Assembly: GCF_006345805.1 (NCBI RefSeq)
Contig: NC_043013.1
Span: 15,252,001-15,316,000 of the forward strand
DNA length: 64,000 nucleotides
Origin: Octopus sinensis
Taxonomy: Eukaryota
Reading direction: 5' to 3'
Positions 42,365 to 50,435 of the stretch are shown here, piece by piece (the stretch's first letter is position 1; each line of letters opens with the position of its first letter). Below the pieces are notes generated by a model that saw nothing but the letters and a program-made list of their open reading frames with translations, ran no database searches and was not told where the DNA came from. The position numbers and the translations under genes are program-made.

Positions 42365-45300
42365 CTGGCAATTTTAACATCAGATGGAGTGCAAGTTATG
42401 ATGGATAAAAAATAATGGGGTAATGGCAATTCTAAAATGAAAAATAAAGTATCTAACAGAGTAGATTTTTATAAGATTATATTATTGTATGTGTCATTTA
42501 TTGCCAGGAACGAGTGGATTATGGTGCTTTGATTGAGGAACTTGGAGGAACTGTCATAGAAGGACAGATCTATCATGAATCTTGTACACATCTTGTTATT
42601 GGTAAGTCTCAGTCTTAATTCTCTGTAAATAGTTTTGATACTTTCATATTCTTTGAACAACATGTTCTTATAGCAACTGTGACATGTTATTAATGTGTGA
42701 TTCACATCAGATGTTCCATAATATTGTAGCAAATATAAGGTGGTGAGCTGGCAGAAACGTTAGCATGCTGGGCGAAATGCTTAGCGGTATTTTGTCTGTC
42801 TTTACATTCTGAGTTCAAATTCTGCCAAGGTCAACTTTGCCTTTCAACCTTTCGGGGTTGATAATTAAGTACCAGTTGTGTACTGGGGTTGATCTAATCT
42901 ACTTGGCCCCTCCCCCAAATTTTCTGGCCTTCTGCCTAGAGTAGAAAAGAATTTTGTAGTATGAAATATCTTCAAAATCATGTCTGTTCCCTCTCGTGGT
43001 TATAGCAACTGTGATATATTGTCAAATTTTAAAACCTGCCTTTGCACTAAATTCTACAGTACACCTTCCACTATATCCTAATAGTAGCTATTACAGTTTG
43101 TTTAACCTGTTAGCTTTCAGATTTCTCTGTCAAATGTAATGTAATGCTTATTTATTCACATTGATTTAGCTTTGAGATTTCAATGACAAGATTGTTTATT
43201 TTTAGAATAATATTGTAGGGTAAGTATGAGAGGCTGGATCTGGTCAGTTTGAAGATAAACAGGTAGAACATTTTGGCCAGAGGTGACCGGTTCAAATGCT
43301 AAAGGGTTAAACTTTACAGCTCATGTTAAATGTATTTATAGCAACTGTGTTGTATATTTTGGCTAAACCACTAAGAATTAAGATCATCTTTTTTCAAATC
43401 TGCTAAAATTAACTAAATTTTTCACAAGCTGAAATTTTATTTTATTTATTAAAATTTCTGAATTTCATTATCTTTAGGATGTCCAACCAGAAATGAAAAA
43501 TTCTTGGCTTGCATGGCATCAGGGAAGTGGATACTTCATAAATCTTACTTTGAAGATTGCCGAAGAGCCAAGAAGTTTGTTCAGGTTTGTGGTTATATTT
43601 CTGTCTTGTGGCCTTATAAACAAAGTTTCATACCTTCCTATTTTTTGTGTGAAATTTCCTGTGACTAGGTGCCAGAACAATTTTCACAGAAAACAGATAT
43701 AGTGAATTGAATCAAACCTAATCTATCACTGGTGTTTATTTTGTCCATGCTGTAAGGTATGACTGTGTTTAGGAAGTTCACTTTGCAATAATTTGGTTTC
43801 AGGTTCAATCTTGCCGTGTGTCATTTGGGTCAACCAAATTGTAATTTGCTGGGTGGAAACAGTGTGGAGGTTGGTTGGAGGGGTTATCCTTGTTCTTGGG
43901 TATTTATTACCTGGTTTAACACTCCCTTCTGACCCTGGGAGTGAATGAGAATGGAGTGCTCAATATATACAGTGGATATGAGTTGCAAAACGAACATTTC
44001 AGTTTCACTTTCAATAATAAAAAGACTGTGTGTGTGTGTGTGTGAAATATTTTATTGAGTACATTACTATCCAGTAATGTACTCAGTACATATTATAAAG
44101 TAGAGTCAATGTATTTTTATTTGAATATCGGTTCTATGGGTGAAACACCAATTGTGAGTTACTTTTGTTCCTTCTTTGGGAGCACAACACAGTATGTAAC
44201 AGAGGGTGTAAAAGCCACTAGAAACATGAATCTCGCATAGAGGCAATATTGATGTATTAAACATGGGTATATGTGAGAGTATACATTCTCACATAATGTT
44301 CTTTTATCACCAGGAAGCTAAACACGAATGGGGCAGTGTATCCACAGAAAGCGTCTTAGCCTCAGCCAACTCTGTTATGAAAACATTAGCAGCTTCAGCA
44401 CAAAGGTGGCGTCTCAAAATACAGGAACTAAAGAAGGTAAGTAGTATATTAATGATTATTTGGTTTGCTTGGTTGCTCACTAATGTGTTTGAACAGTTAT
44501 ACTGAGTCCGGGTTGACAACAGAGCCTCTGTGTGGTTGCTAGACTTGCTAGAAAGGACAGTTAAGTGTCCCTAAAACTACACATATAATTTGTCCTTAAA
44601 AAGGAACACCTTAGACTGTTGTTATCATCATCATTTAGCATCCTTTTTCCATGCTAGCTTGGGTTGGATGGTTTGACAGGTGCTGGTAAGCCAGAGAACT
44701 GCACCAAGTTCCACTCTCCATTTTGGTGTGGTTTTTACGACTGGATGCCCTTTCTAACGCCAACCACTTTACAATGTGGAGTGGGTACTTTTTATGTGGC
44801 ACCAGCACCAGCAAGGTCACCAAGTAACTTGCAAGGCAAAGATCCTTTGAGACGGTAGGGTACTGGAGGAGGTGGCTTTGTGCCTGGTAATGTGAGATTA
44901 GAGTCTGTCTGAATAAAAATAGTGTCGTCATAGCTTCATTGGAACATGGCTTACTTAGTGTTAAACAACAGCAAGAAAGGACACATTAGGTAATGTAGTC
45001 CTAGAGACACTATGTCTAAATAAAGGACCAGATAGATACAGTTGATGATAGGTCTGCTAGATCAGGATAGACCTGTACAAAACAACAGCAAGGGAGGACA
45101 TATTAGATAGTGCAACCGTTGATATACTTTATCTGATTAAAGGACAAGATTGTCATGGCTTGAAAATCTTCATCATAGGTTTAGATCAGAGTTGATTTGG
45201 AGCTAAACAACAATATAATGATAATACAATATTTTAAGTACCTTTTAATTTTCAGTAACTAAGGGATTATGTACTGGAATACTCCCTCTCTCTGGCCAAT

Positions 45301-48300
45301 TTGGAGGTCTAGTTGCTTCAGGCATAGTGTGCTATCACTTGCTTTTTACAGTGGAGTGCTTTCATTAGGACCTTTAATCCATTCATTTTTTTTTTATCAT
45401 TTAGAGCTAAGTGAGAACATTTTTAGTAGGAGATGGTACAGCAGTCTGATCTTCTTGAACTTCAAAGAGTGAAATCAGCTGCAGCTGTTGTGCTTCAAAT
45501 TCTGATACTCAATGTACTTGCATATTTTGGAAAGTTGGGAAACTGTTTTTTTTTTTCTGTTTCATTGGTATAGCCTGCTCCTTGTAACTCTGACAGGTAT
45601 CTCAATTATTTGGATCGTTCCTCAAATTCAGTGCCTTGTTTCTCCCAAGTACACTTTGTGCATGCAACTTTTATGTTTCCCTTGTTGATGTATGGGTCAT
45701 CCCATTGTTGAAATTTCTTCATGTGATGTGCCTTTGGCAATATGTGTTCTGTGTATGTGGCATGGAAACTCAGTGAAGATATAATTTAGGCTGATGGATG
45801 GAAGTAAATGTGAAAACAAGAGACAGAAGCTGAAAAGTTTGTAGAAAGTTATGTGTTAAATGGAGCAAAGAAAGCAGAGCAAAGCATAAGAAAAATGGAA
45901 TGTGAAAAAGAGATAAGCAGAGGTCAGTAGAAGATAGAGGGAGTGGTAGGAAGGAAGAGTGAGAAAAAAAGTGGGGAGTATATTCCATTACTTTAATAGT
46001 TTTCTTTCAATCACTCTGTTACTACATATATATATCATATATCAGGGCTTGGTTTATTATTATGAAAATGATAGAAATCATTACTTTCATTATTATGTAT
46101 TCTCAATTTATAATAATTTTTGTTTCCTTTTTTTTTTTTTTTCTAGCAAAGCCCAAAATGCCAAGGTGCATTTTATGATTGGTCTGTTATTTTGTGCACT
46201 TGTAAAAAGAAAGAAAGCAACTTTGAACGCCTTTTGAAGGCCGGTGGTGCCAAGGTTTTGTCTGCTAAGCCACCATTTACCAAACCAATTTCAGCAACAC
46301 ATGCCCTTATAGATATCACCAGAGCTGATCTCACTACTGTAAGTAAAGCTGCCTACCTTCTCATTTCTATTTAGTTGAAAAGGAGCTTGTTCTATATGTT
46401 TATGGGTATATATCATCATCATCATCATCATCATCATCATTGTTTAACGTCCGTTTTCCGTGCTAGCATGGGTTGGCAGCAGCCCTTCCTGTTGCCAACC
46501 CACACTTGTTTCCAAGCAAAGTAATATTCCTCCATGGACAGACGTTCTCATATAATATTGAGAATGCATAAGGTGGCAAGCTGGCAGAATTGTGAGCACA
46601 CCAGGCAAAATGCTTAGAGGTATTTCGTTTGTTTTTATGTTCTGAGTTCAAATTCTGCCGATATTCATGATAGTTGTTCAAGTTCATACCACCAGTCACT
46701 CTGAGTTATTTCTCTCAGTTAGTTTTTATCAATATATCATCATCATCATTGTCATTTAATGTCCACTTTACTGTGCAAGCATGAATCAGGTGGACTTTGT
46801 TGGGGTAGATTTTCTAATCCCAAATATTCTACCTGCTTCCAGGTAAAGTAATATTTCACCATTGCCTGCCATTTTACGTGGAAGGCCAGCAAGAAACAAC
46901 ATTGCTTGTATGATGTTAAAGCTTGTTTACAACCAGGGCTGTGAAGTCAAAACAAAAAATTTCGACTCCGACTCCTCTATGTAAGTAAGTGATTGTGGTC
47001 TATTTTACTGACTCCGACTCCCACAGCCCTGTTTACAACCATCATATAATGTCAGAACAAGGGTTCACACATACACATGACACACTTCTTTCAGTTTGTC
47101 TACCACATCCATTCACAAAGTTTTGGTTGGCCATGGGCTATAGTAGAAGACACTTGCCTAAAGTACCACTACATCTGAGACCACATGGTTGGGAAGCAGA
47201 TTTCTCAACCATACAGCTATGCCTGCATCCATTTATACACACACATTCACATTGGATGGTGTAACTCACATTATTGGGTCTTAGTTTTGTAGGATTTACC
47301 ACAGAAAATATAACCTATGGATTCAAATATACCACCCAATATATACTAAGTAAACACTACACAGTACACCTTTTAAGATTTCATATATATACAGAGAGAG
47401 GGAGAGTGTGTGTGTCGTATTCTAACGTATATCTGTTGTTTATCTTCACAGAGTGACTTAGAAACCTTATTGCGAAACAATGTACTTTGTCTCCGTCCTG
47501 ATTATATTGCTGCTTACCTTTCAAATGAAGTACTACAGTCACCTGATGAATTTTGTCCTCCTGAAGTCATTGCTTTAAGGGCCAGGTAAATATAGCTTTT
47601 AACCTTTTGCATGCACAATGTACTGCCAGGTATCAAACTCACAACCTTACGATCATGAGCTGAATACCCTAACCACTAAGTCATGTGCCTCCTCACTACT
47701 TGTACAAATATCAAAGAGGACCATGAAATGAAGTGAGAGCTGAGGATAGTAAAGGTAGAACATCTGAGGTCCTACTGCTCAACATCCAGGTTTACCTAGA
47801 TGTATATATATGGAGGCGCAATGGCCCAGTGGTTAGGGCAGCAGACTCGCGGTCGTAGGATCGCGGTTTCGATTCCCAGACCAGGCGTTGTGAGTGTTTA
47901 TTGAGCGAAAACATCTAAAGCTCCACGAGGCTCCGGCAAGGATGGTGGTGATCCCTGCTGTACTCTTTCACCACAACTTTCTCTCACTCTTACTTCCTGT
48001 TTCTGTTGTACCTGTATTTCAAAGGGCCGGCCTGTGTCACGCTGAATATCCCCGAGAACTACGTTAAGGGTACACGTGTCTGTGGAGTGCTCAGCCACTT
48101 ACACGTTAATTTCACGAGCAGGCTGTTCCTTTGATCGGATCAACCGGAACCCTCATCGTCATAACCAACGGAGTGCTTCCTATATGTGTGTGTGTGTTAT
48201 ATGCAAAGTGATGTGTGTATGTATGCGTGTATTTCACCATTGTAAGCAGAGCTAGCACTTGTATAGTTAATGTAATAGGTTGCCAACAGATATTGATTCA

Positions 48301-48418
48301 TTGATATTAATATTGATTTTTTTTTTTTCATTTAAGCTTGAATCTTCCAGATTCCGGAATGAGAAAAAGAAAAACTACTATAATTGGTGAAGAAGCGAAA
48401 CGAAACCGAAAACTGTGA
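2429..48418 (+). CDS. TOPBP1: DNA topoisomerase 2-binding protein 1 (TOPBP1), spliced, 5'-partial; 39 coding exons listed separately
   Basis: Manual exon chaining with GT/AG sites and consistent phases (4414 nt). The translation matches recalled TOPBP1 motifs: [46 protein letters not shown] (AAD), [34 protein letters not shown]. Confidence 0.96.
3168..3254 (+). CDS. TOPBP1: TOPBP1 exon 2 (start of BRCT1)
   Basis: tttag|GAA...CGG|gtaagt; [29 protein letters not shown]. Confidence 0.92.
3561..4395 (-). mobile_element. Long family-C repeat copy containing a 120-bp tandem duplication (about 4012-4250)
   Basis: Begins with (CAT)n TTTAAAGTGTCCGCTTTCCATGC. AAAGAGGTGG occurs at 4021 and 4141 and GATACTTGGT at 4081 and 4201 (period 120). 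Confidence 0.7.
5760..6080. repeat. Degenerate short-period tandem repeat (TGTTGACATGTCATTATTGTAGTG-like units)
   Basis: Many imperfect GTTGACAT / CATTATTG units. Confidence 0.6.
6239..6346 (+). CDS. TOPBP1: TOPBP1 exon 3 (BRCT1)
   Basis: atacag|GAA...CAG|gtagat; [36 protein letters not shown]. Confidence 0.95.
6894..6967 (+). CDS. TOPBP1: TOPBP1 exon 4 (end of BRCT1)
   Basis: ttatag|GTG...GG|gtatgt; [25 protein letters not shown]. Confidence 0.95.
7487..7702. mobile_element. piggyBac-type MITE (216 bp)
   Basis: TTAA|CCCTTTAGT...ACTAAAGGG|TTAA. Related copies at about 10420-10630, 33530-33735 and 43106-43306. Confidence 0.8.
8157..8284 (+). CDS. TOPBP1: TOPBP1 exon 5 (start of BRCT2)
   Basis: ttgcag|C TCT...GAA G|gtaagt; [42 protein letters not shown]. 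Confidence 0.95.
8738..8803 (+). CDS. TOPBP1: TOPBP1 exon 6 (BRCT2)
   Basis: ttgtag|GT GGT...AAA G|gtaaga; [22 protein letters not shown]. Confidence 0.95.
9556..9726 (+). CDS. TOPBP1: TOPBP1 exon 7 (end of BRCT2)
   Basis: tttcag|GC CAG...GCT G|gtcagt; [35 protein letters not shown]...[11 protein letters not shown]. Confidence 0.95.
11285..11442 (+). CDS. TOPBP1: TOPBP1 exon 8 (linker into BRCT3)
   Basis: ttccag|TT AAC...AAG|gtaaat; [18 protein letters not shown]...SFFDGCK. Confidence 0.92.
11560..12060. repeat. Degenerate low-complexity tandem repeat rich in TGTCAAATT/TTGG units
   Basis: TGTCAAATT(G/A) recurs many times with irregular spacing. Confidence 0.55.
12590..12663 (+). CDS. TOPBP1: TOPBP1 exon 9 (BRCT3)
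   Basis: aaccag|ATT...AG|gtaggt; [25 protein letters not shown]. Confidence 0.95.
12743..13143 (+). mobile_element. tRNA-headed SINE ('family A'), near full length
   Basis: AGGAGTGGCTGTGTGGTAAG (A-box-like)...GGGTTCAGTCCCAC (B-box-like)...GGCAAGTGTCTTCTACTATAGCC..., internal (TA/TG)n and 3' GACTGAAACTAGTAAAAGAG. Many copies on both strands. Confidence 0.8.
13419..13508 (+). CDS. TOPBP1: TOPBP1 exon 10 (BRCT3)
   Basis: tttcag|A TTT...AG|gtatgt; [30 protein letters not shown]. Confidence 0.95.
14372..14760 (+). mobile_element. Family-A SINE copy
   Basis: Same head, core and 3' segment as 12743-13143. Confidence 0.8.
14840..14962 (+). CDS. TOPBP1: TOPBP1 exon 11 (end of BRCT3)
   Basis: tttcag|G CCA...AA|gtgagt; [40 protein letters not shown]. 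Confidence 0.93.
16021..16181 (+). CDS. TOPBP1: TOPBP1 exon 12 (linker)
   Basis: ttttcag|A GCA...GAA G|gtaaaa; ...[17 protein letters not shown]..., compare human ADEDLLSQYENG. Confidence 0.85.
16769..16849 (+). CDS. TOPBP1: TOPBP1 exon 13 (linker)
   Basis: ttgtag|CT CTA...TCA G|gttagt; [27 protein letters not shown]; phase 1-1, open frame. Confidence 0.75.
17699..18083 (+). mobile_element. Non-autonomous Helitron
   Basis: Inserted A|TC...CTAG|T, with subterminal hairpin CCCGAGCAACGCCGGG 8 nt before the terminal CTAG and no TSD. Confidence 0.75.
18084..18425 (+). mobile_element. Second Helitron-like element abutting the first, with a palindromic 3' end
   Basis: TATATATAAACGGCAAAATGTCTGTGTG start; ends CTAGCACTATGACCC-GGCGTTGCT-GGGTCATAGTGCTAG|T. 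Confidence 0.55.
19506..19616 (+). CDS. TOPBP1: TOPBP1 exon 14 (start of BRCT4)
   Basis: tttcag|AA ATG...GGA G|gtatgc; [36 protein letters not shown]. Confidence 0.92.
20535..20641 (+). CDS. TOPBP1: TOPBP1 exon 15 (BRCT4)
   Basis: ttgaag|GT ATA...CTA|gtcagt; [36 protein letters not shown]. Confidence 0.93.
21531..21643 (+). CDS. TOPBP1: TOPBP1 exon 16 (BRCT4 end, BRCT5 start)
   Basis: ttatag|GAA...AG|gtaagt; [38 protein letters not shown]. Confidence 0.95.
22330..22544 (-). mobile_element. Mariner-derived MITE (internally deleted, retaining the transposase C-terminus)
   Basis: TA|TGAGGTGCTGAAAAGTTCTTGGTTTT...AAAGCCAGGAACTTGTCGGGACCCCAT|TA (imperfect TIRs). The minus strand encodes a decayed [12 protein letters not shown]...KLED...V..GxYVE mariner tail. 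Confidence 0.7.
22758..22817 (+). CDS. TOPBP1: TOPBP1 exon 17 (BRCT5)
   Basis: ttgcag|T GGC...AA|gtaagc; [19 protein letters not shown]. Confidence 0.93.
22858..23266 (-). mobile_element. Family-A SINE, antisense copy
   Basis: Reverse complement of 12743-13143 type, including the internal (TA)n. Confidence 0.8.
23349..23582. mobile_element. TTAA-flanked MITE (piggyBac-type ends)
   Basis: TTAA|CCCATATACACCC...GGGCATATAAGGG|TTAA. Confidence 0.6.
24426..25499 (-). pseudogene. Disrupted DD41D transposase
   Basis: Starts [15 protein letters not shown]; contains stops and frameshifts, a LINE insertion, and A in place of the third catalytic D. Confidence 0.85.
24963..25133 (-). mobile_element. 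5'-truncated LINE 3' end (RTE-like) inserted in the transposase
   Basis: 7-bp TSD GAGCTCC at 24956-24962 and 25134-25140. Minus strand reads TLSYPDV...[33 protein letters not shown] followed by a (TGA)n tail. Confidence 0.8.
25770..25898 (+). CDS. TOPBP1: TOPBP1 exon 18 (BRCT5)
   Basis: tttcag|C ACT...GA|gtaagc; [43 protein letters not shown]. Confidence 0.95.
26460..26940 (-). mobile_element. Decayed 3' fragment of an R4/Dong-like non-LTR retrotransposon (CCHC plus restriction-like endonuclease)
   Basis: Frameshifted minus-strand peptides [81 protein letters not shown]. Confidence 0.75.
26959..27368. mobile_element. piggyBac-type MITE carrying a nested family-C SINE (27148-27332)
   Basis: TTAA|CCCTTTCGTTA...TAACGAAAGGG|TTAA; the SINE is flanked by ACAG/ACAG and ends in (ATG)n. 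Confidence 0.8.
27985..28351 (+). CDS. TOPBP1: TOPBP1 exon 19 (BRCT5 end plus long linker)
   Basis: tttcag|A TGG ATT...TTG|gtatgt; [19 protein letters not shown]..., open for 122 codons. Confidence 0.88.
30070..30195 (+). CDS. TOPBP1: TOPBP1 exon 20
   Basis: ttctag|GAA...GAT|gtacgt; ...[23 protein letters not shown], compare human DTPSKFLSKDKLFKPSFDV. Confidence 0.93.
30226..30385. repeat. (TAC)n/(TAT)n compound microsatellite
   Basis: Directly visible. Confidence 0.95.
30811..30879 (+). CDS. TOPBP1: TOPBP1 exon 21
   Basis: gttcag|GAT...ATT|gtaaga; [23 protein letters not shown]. Confidence 0.85.
31268..31375 (+). CDS. TOPBP1: TOPBP1 exon 22
   Basis: ttttag|CCA...GAT|gtgagt; [36 protein letters not shown]. 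Confidence 0.85.
32392..32538 (+). CDS. TOPBP1: TOPBP1 exon 23 (BRCT6); NAGNAG acceptor CAG|AAG
   Basis: [49 protein letters not shown]|gtaagt. Confidence 0.95.
32982..33065 (+). CDS. TOPBP1: TOPBP1 exon 24 (BRCT6)
   Basis: atgcag|GGC...ATG|gtttgt; [28 protein letters not shown]. Confidence 0.95.
34852..34920 (+). CDS. TOPBP1: TOPBP1 exon 25 (end of BRCT6)
   Basis: tttcag|TGT...TTG|gtaagt; [23 protein letters not shown]. Confidence 0.95.
35976..36215 (+). CDS. TOPBP1: TOPBP1 exon 26 (acidic linker)
   Basis: tttcag|CAA...AAT|gtgagt; [17 protein letters not shown]...[10 protein letters not shown]. Confidence 0.88.
37161..37225 (+). CDS. TOPBP1: TOPBP1 exon 27
   Basis: atgcag|GCT...GG|gtaagt; [22 protein letters not shown], compare human LEMRENFQKQLQEIMSA. 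Confidence 0.88.
37255..38200 (+). repeat. Head-to-tail array of diverged 'family B' SINE-like units
   Basis: Repeated GGCAGAATC.TTAG...GACAAAATGCTT...TTCTGAGTTCAAAT...GATAAAATAAGTACC...GGCCTTGTGCC units. Confidence 0.65.
38728..38765 (+). CDS. TOPBP1: TOPBP1 exon 28 (38-nt microexon, basic patch)
   Basis: tttcag|C TCA...AAT G|gtaact; [12 protein letters not shown]; needed to convert phase 2 to phase 1. Confidence 0.78.
39512..39580 (+). CDS. TOPBP1: TOPBP1 exon 29
   Basis: ttccag|TA AAT...ACA G|gtatgt; [22 protein letters not shown]. Confidence 0.8.
39979..40063 (+). CDS. TOPBP1: TOPBP1 exon 30 (ATR-activation domain core, SQ and W)
   Basis: ttctag|GT AAA...AG|gtttgt; ...[18 protein letters not shown], compare human EPSQNEQIIWDDPTAR. 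Confidence 0.95.
40196..40310 (+). CDS. TOPBP1: TOPBP1 exon 31 (AAD, C-terminal part)
   Basis: ttacag|A CTA...GGG|gtaagt; [18 protein letters not shown]... Confidence 0.92.
40757..40826 (+). CDS. TOPBP1: TOPBP1 exon 32
   Basis: ttacag|AAT...ATT G|gtaaat; [23 protein letters not shown]. Confidence 0.85.
40962..41104 (+). CDS. TOPBP1: TOPBP1 exon 33 (into BRCT7)
   Basis: ttgcag|TT TTA...TCT|gtgagt; [16 protein letters not shown]...[12 protein letters not shown]. Confidence 0.9.
41205..41459. repeat. 255-bp fold-back palindrome (127-bp arms, 1-nt loop)
   Basis: Outer 87 bp are perfectly complementary; inner 40 bp have 6 mismatches; centre GTCTTCAA-A-TTGAAGAC. Confidence 0.95.
42310..42360. 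repeat. (TA)n microsatellite
   Basis: Directly visible. Confidence 0.95.
42508..42601 (+). CDS. TOPBP1: TOPBP1 exon 34 (BRCT7)
   Basis: tgccag|GAA...ATT G|gtaagt; [31 protein letters not shown]. Confidence 0.96.
43106..43306. mobile_element. piggyBac-type MITE, same family as 7487-7702
   Basis: TTAA|CCTGTTAG...CTAAAGGG|TTAA; shared internal ATTGTAGGGTA.GT.TGAGAG.CTGGATC. Confidence 0.7.
43478..43584 (+). CDS. TOPBP1: TOPBP1 exon 35 (BRCT7)
   Basis: ctttag|GA TGT...CAG|gtttgt; [35 protein letters not shown]. Confidence 0.96.
44314..44436 (+). CDS. TOPBP1: TOPBP1 exon 36 (BRCT7/8 linker)
   Basis: caccag|GAA...AAG|gtaagt; [10 protein letters not shown]...[17 protein letters not shown]. Confidence 0.95.
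46147..46338 (+). CDS. TOPBP1: TOPBP1 exon 37 (BRCT8)
   Basis: ttctag|CAA...ACT|gtaagt; [33 protein letters not shown]...ATHAL. Confidence 0.95.
46934..47031. mobile_element. 98-bp hAT-type MITE
   Basis: 10-bp TIRs CAGGGCTGTG/CACAGCCCTG; perfect 8-bp TSD TTTACAAC at 46926-46933 and 47032-47039; internal GACTCC repeats. Confidence 0.85.
47452..47585 (+). CDS. TOPBP1: TOPBP1 exon 38 (end of BRCT8)
   Basis: tcacag|AGT...AG|gtaaat; [44 protein letters not shown]. Confidence 0.95.
47812..48180 (+). mobile_element. Well-preserved tRNA-derived SINE in the last intron
   Basis: GGAGGCGCAATGGCCCAGTGGTTAGGG (A box)...GGTTTCGATTCCC (B box), followed by a CpG-rich non-tRNA body. Part of the body recurs at about 21740-21850. 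Confidence 0.75.
48337..48418 (+). CDS. TOPBP1: TOPBP1 terminal coding exon (basic, bipartite-NLS-like tail)
   Basis: poly-T tract, tttaag|C TTG AAT...CTG TGA TAA TGA; [26 protein letters not shown], compare human QKRK...KRPR. Confidence 0.85.
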
Positions 48419-48769
48419 TAATGATTATTATTATTATTGATAATAATAGTAATATTGTTAATGTTGTTAGGGAGTTGGCAGAAATTGTAAAATGAGGCCC
48501 TAAAATTGACTTTACAGTATTTAGGTTTGTCTCTTCATGTTCTGGGTTCCTTCTCTCCCCGTAATATACTCATGTCAGATTAAGTGGTTAAACTCTGTTC
48601 CTACAAATTTCTGATCCTGCTGACTATGGGATATCACCAAAGGTTGGCTTTGCCTTACCATTCCTCTGAGACAGATAAAATATGGTATTGATACCAGTTG
48701 TGGTCTGGGAAGTGACAATGAATTACCACTCAAGTATTGGGAAACTTGATAAAATGAAGGACCAATCAA

Positions 48770-49900
48770 GTATTGGGGTTTGATTTTATCAATGTATTCC
48801 TTCACCCATATTTATATCTTTGTACTTATGTTAGAAATTATTGTTATTATTACTGAGGCAAGCTGGCATTATCATTAGCATGCTGGACAGGCATTTTGTC
48901 CATCTTTATGTTCTGTAATGTTTAACTTTGCCTTTCATCTTTTCAATGTTGATAAAATAAGTACTGGTTGGGCACGGGGGTGAATATAATCAATTTACCC
49001 ATCCTCTAAAATTGCTGGCCTTGTGGCAAAATCTGAAACTATTATTACTAAGGCAGCGAGGTGACAGAACTGTTAGCATACCAGAGAAAGTGCTTAGTGG
49101 CATTTCTTCAGGTTCTTTGCATTCTGAGTTCAAATTCTGAGACAGCCAACTTTACCTTTCATCCTTTCTGGTTTGATAAAATAAAGTATTAATTAAATAC
49201 TGGAGTCAATGGAATCAACTAACCCTCTCCAAAAATTACTGGCTTTGTACCAAAAACTGAAACCACAATTTTTATTATTGTTTCTGCCCCAAGGGTGACA
49301 GGCTGGTTGAATTGTTAGAGCGTTGGAATAAATGCATTGCAGGACTTTTTTTTTTTTTTGCTCTGTATATTCTGAGTTCAAATCAGCCAAGGTCAACTTT
49401 GCCATACATCCTTTCAGAATTGATAAAATAAAGTACCAGTCAAATACTGGGATCAGTGGTATTGACTAACCACTTCCCCTCAGAACTGCTGGCCTTGTCC
49501 GTAAATAAGAAATTCTGCCCCAAGAAGGCAGTAAAATGAAAGAAACAATAGTGATATGATCTACTGAAGGACTTAGCATTGAGCTTTACTCTCTTTACAT
49601 CTTGAGTTCAAATCCCACTACAGTTGATGTAAAGTTTATTTTTTAATTGTGATTAATACCAGTCATATACCTGGGTATATTTTCACTAGACTTTGTATCC
49701 CATACTCATAAATTTGTGGTCATGTACTGCAGTAAGAACTCTATCATTATTATTATTATTCATAAGACTGGATGGAAGAATTGGTTGAACCTCATGCATA
49801 ATGCCTTGTGGTATTCAGTCATGTCTCTACATTTTGAGTTGAGATTATTTAAAAAAAAATTTTTCTGTAGTTGATACAATAAGTGGCTGTCAAATAATAC
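48770..49900 (+). repeat. Tandem array of diverged family-B SINE-like units just after the stop codon
   Basis: About five successive units separated by (TTA)n. Confidence 0.65.
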
Positions 49901-50389
49901 CAGATGGATTTGATTGACTTCCTATTTATTTTAGGCATTACTAAATTTGCATGGCTACAAAATCATATTTTTAATGTGTGTAAATAGCAGTTTGTTTTAA
50001 AAAATTGTTTTCAAGAAAATAAAATCTAGCATTTCAAGAATGCTTAATATTTAGCTTAGTAAATATATTGGGGATTGTTGTTGTTATCTTAATATTTGTA
50101 GTCATAGCCTTGTTTACCTACCACTCTGTCTGTCTGTCTGTATGTGTGTGTGTGTATTTCTATATTGTATGTGTATATATGTTAATGTGCATTTTTTTGT
50201 CAAGTTATAACAAAAAAAAACCCCCACAATCTAGTATTTAACTGAATTCAATGCTTTGTGTAGTGTACATATACTTTCATTAGACATAGGTGAAAACTTC
50301 AAAATCACTGTCACCCCTCTTGTTGAAGTATAACAAATATATACATTATTTACATTTGATGGATATTTGTCCTCATCTTGTTTGTTGTT

Positions 50390-50435
50390 AACACAACATT
50401 TCGGCTGATATACTCTCCAGCCTTCATCAGGTGTC
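50390..50435 (-). ncRNA. Minimal type-I hammerhead ribozyme motif
   Basis: Minus strand: GACAC | CUGAUGA | A GGCUG-gagaguauau-CAGCC | GAAA U GU U | GUGUU. Stem I GACAC:GUGUU, perfect 5-bp stem II, loop-less stem III (AUGU). Confidence 0.65.

Noticed and set aside
47618-47692. tRNA-like sequences here and at about 904-975, 47812-47880 and 50570-50630
   Set aside because: Incomplete or mismatched acceptor and anticodon stems and continuity with repeat bodies indicate SINE heads, not tRNA genes
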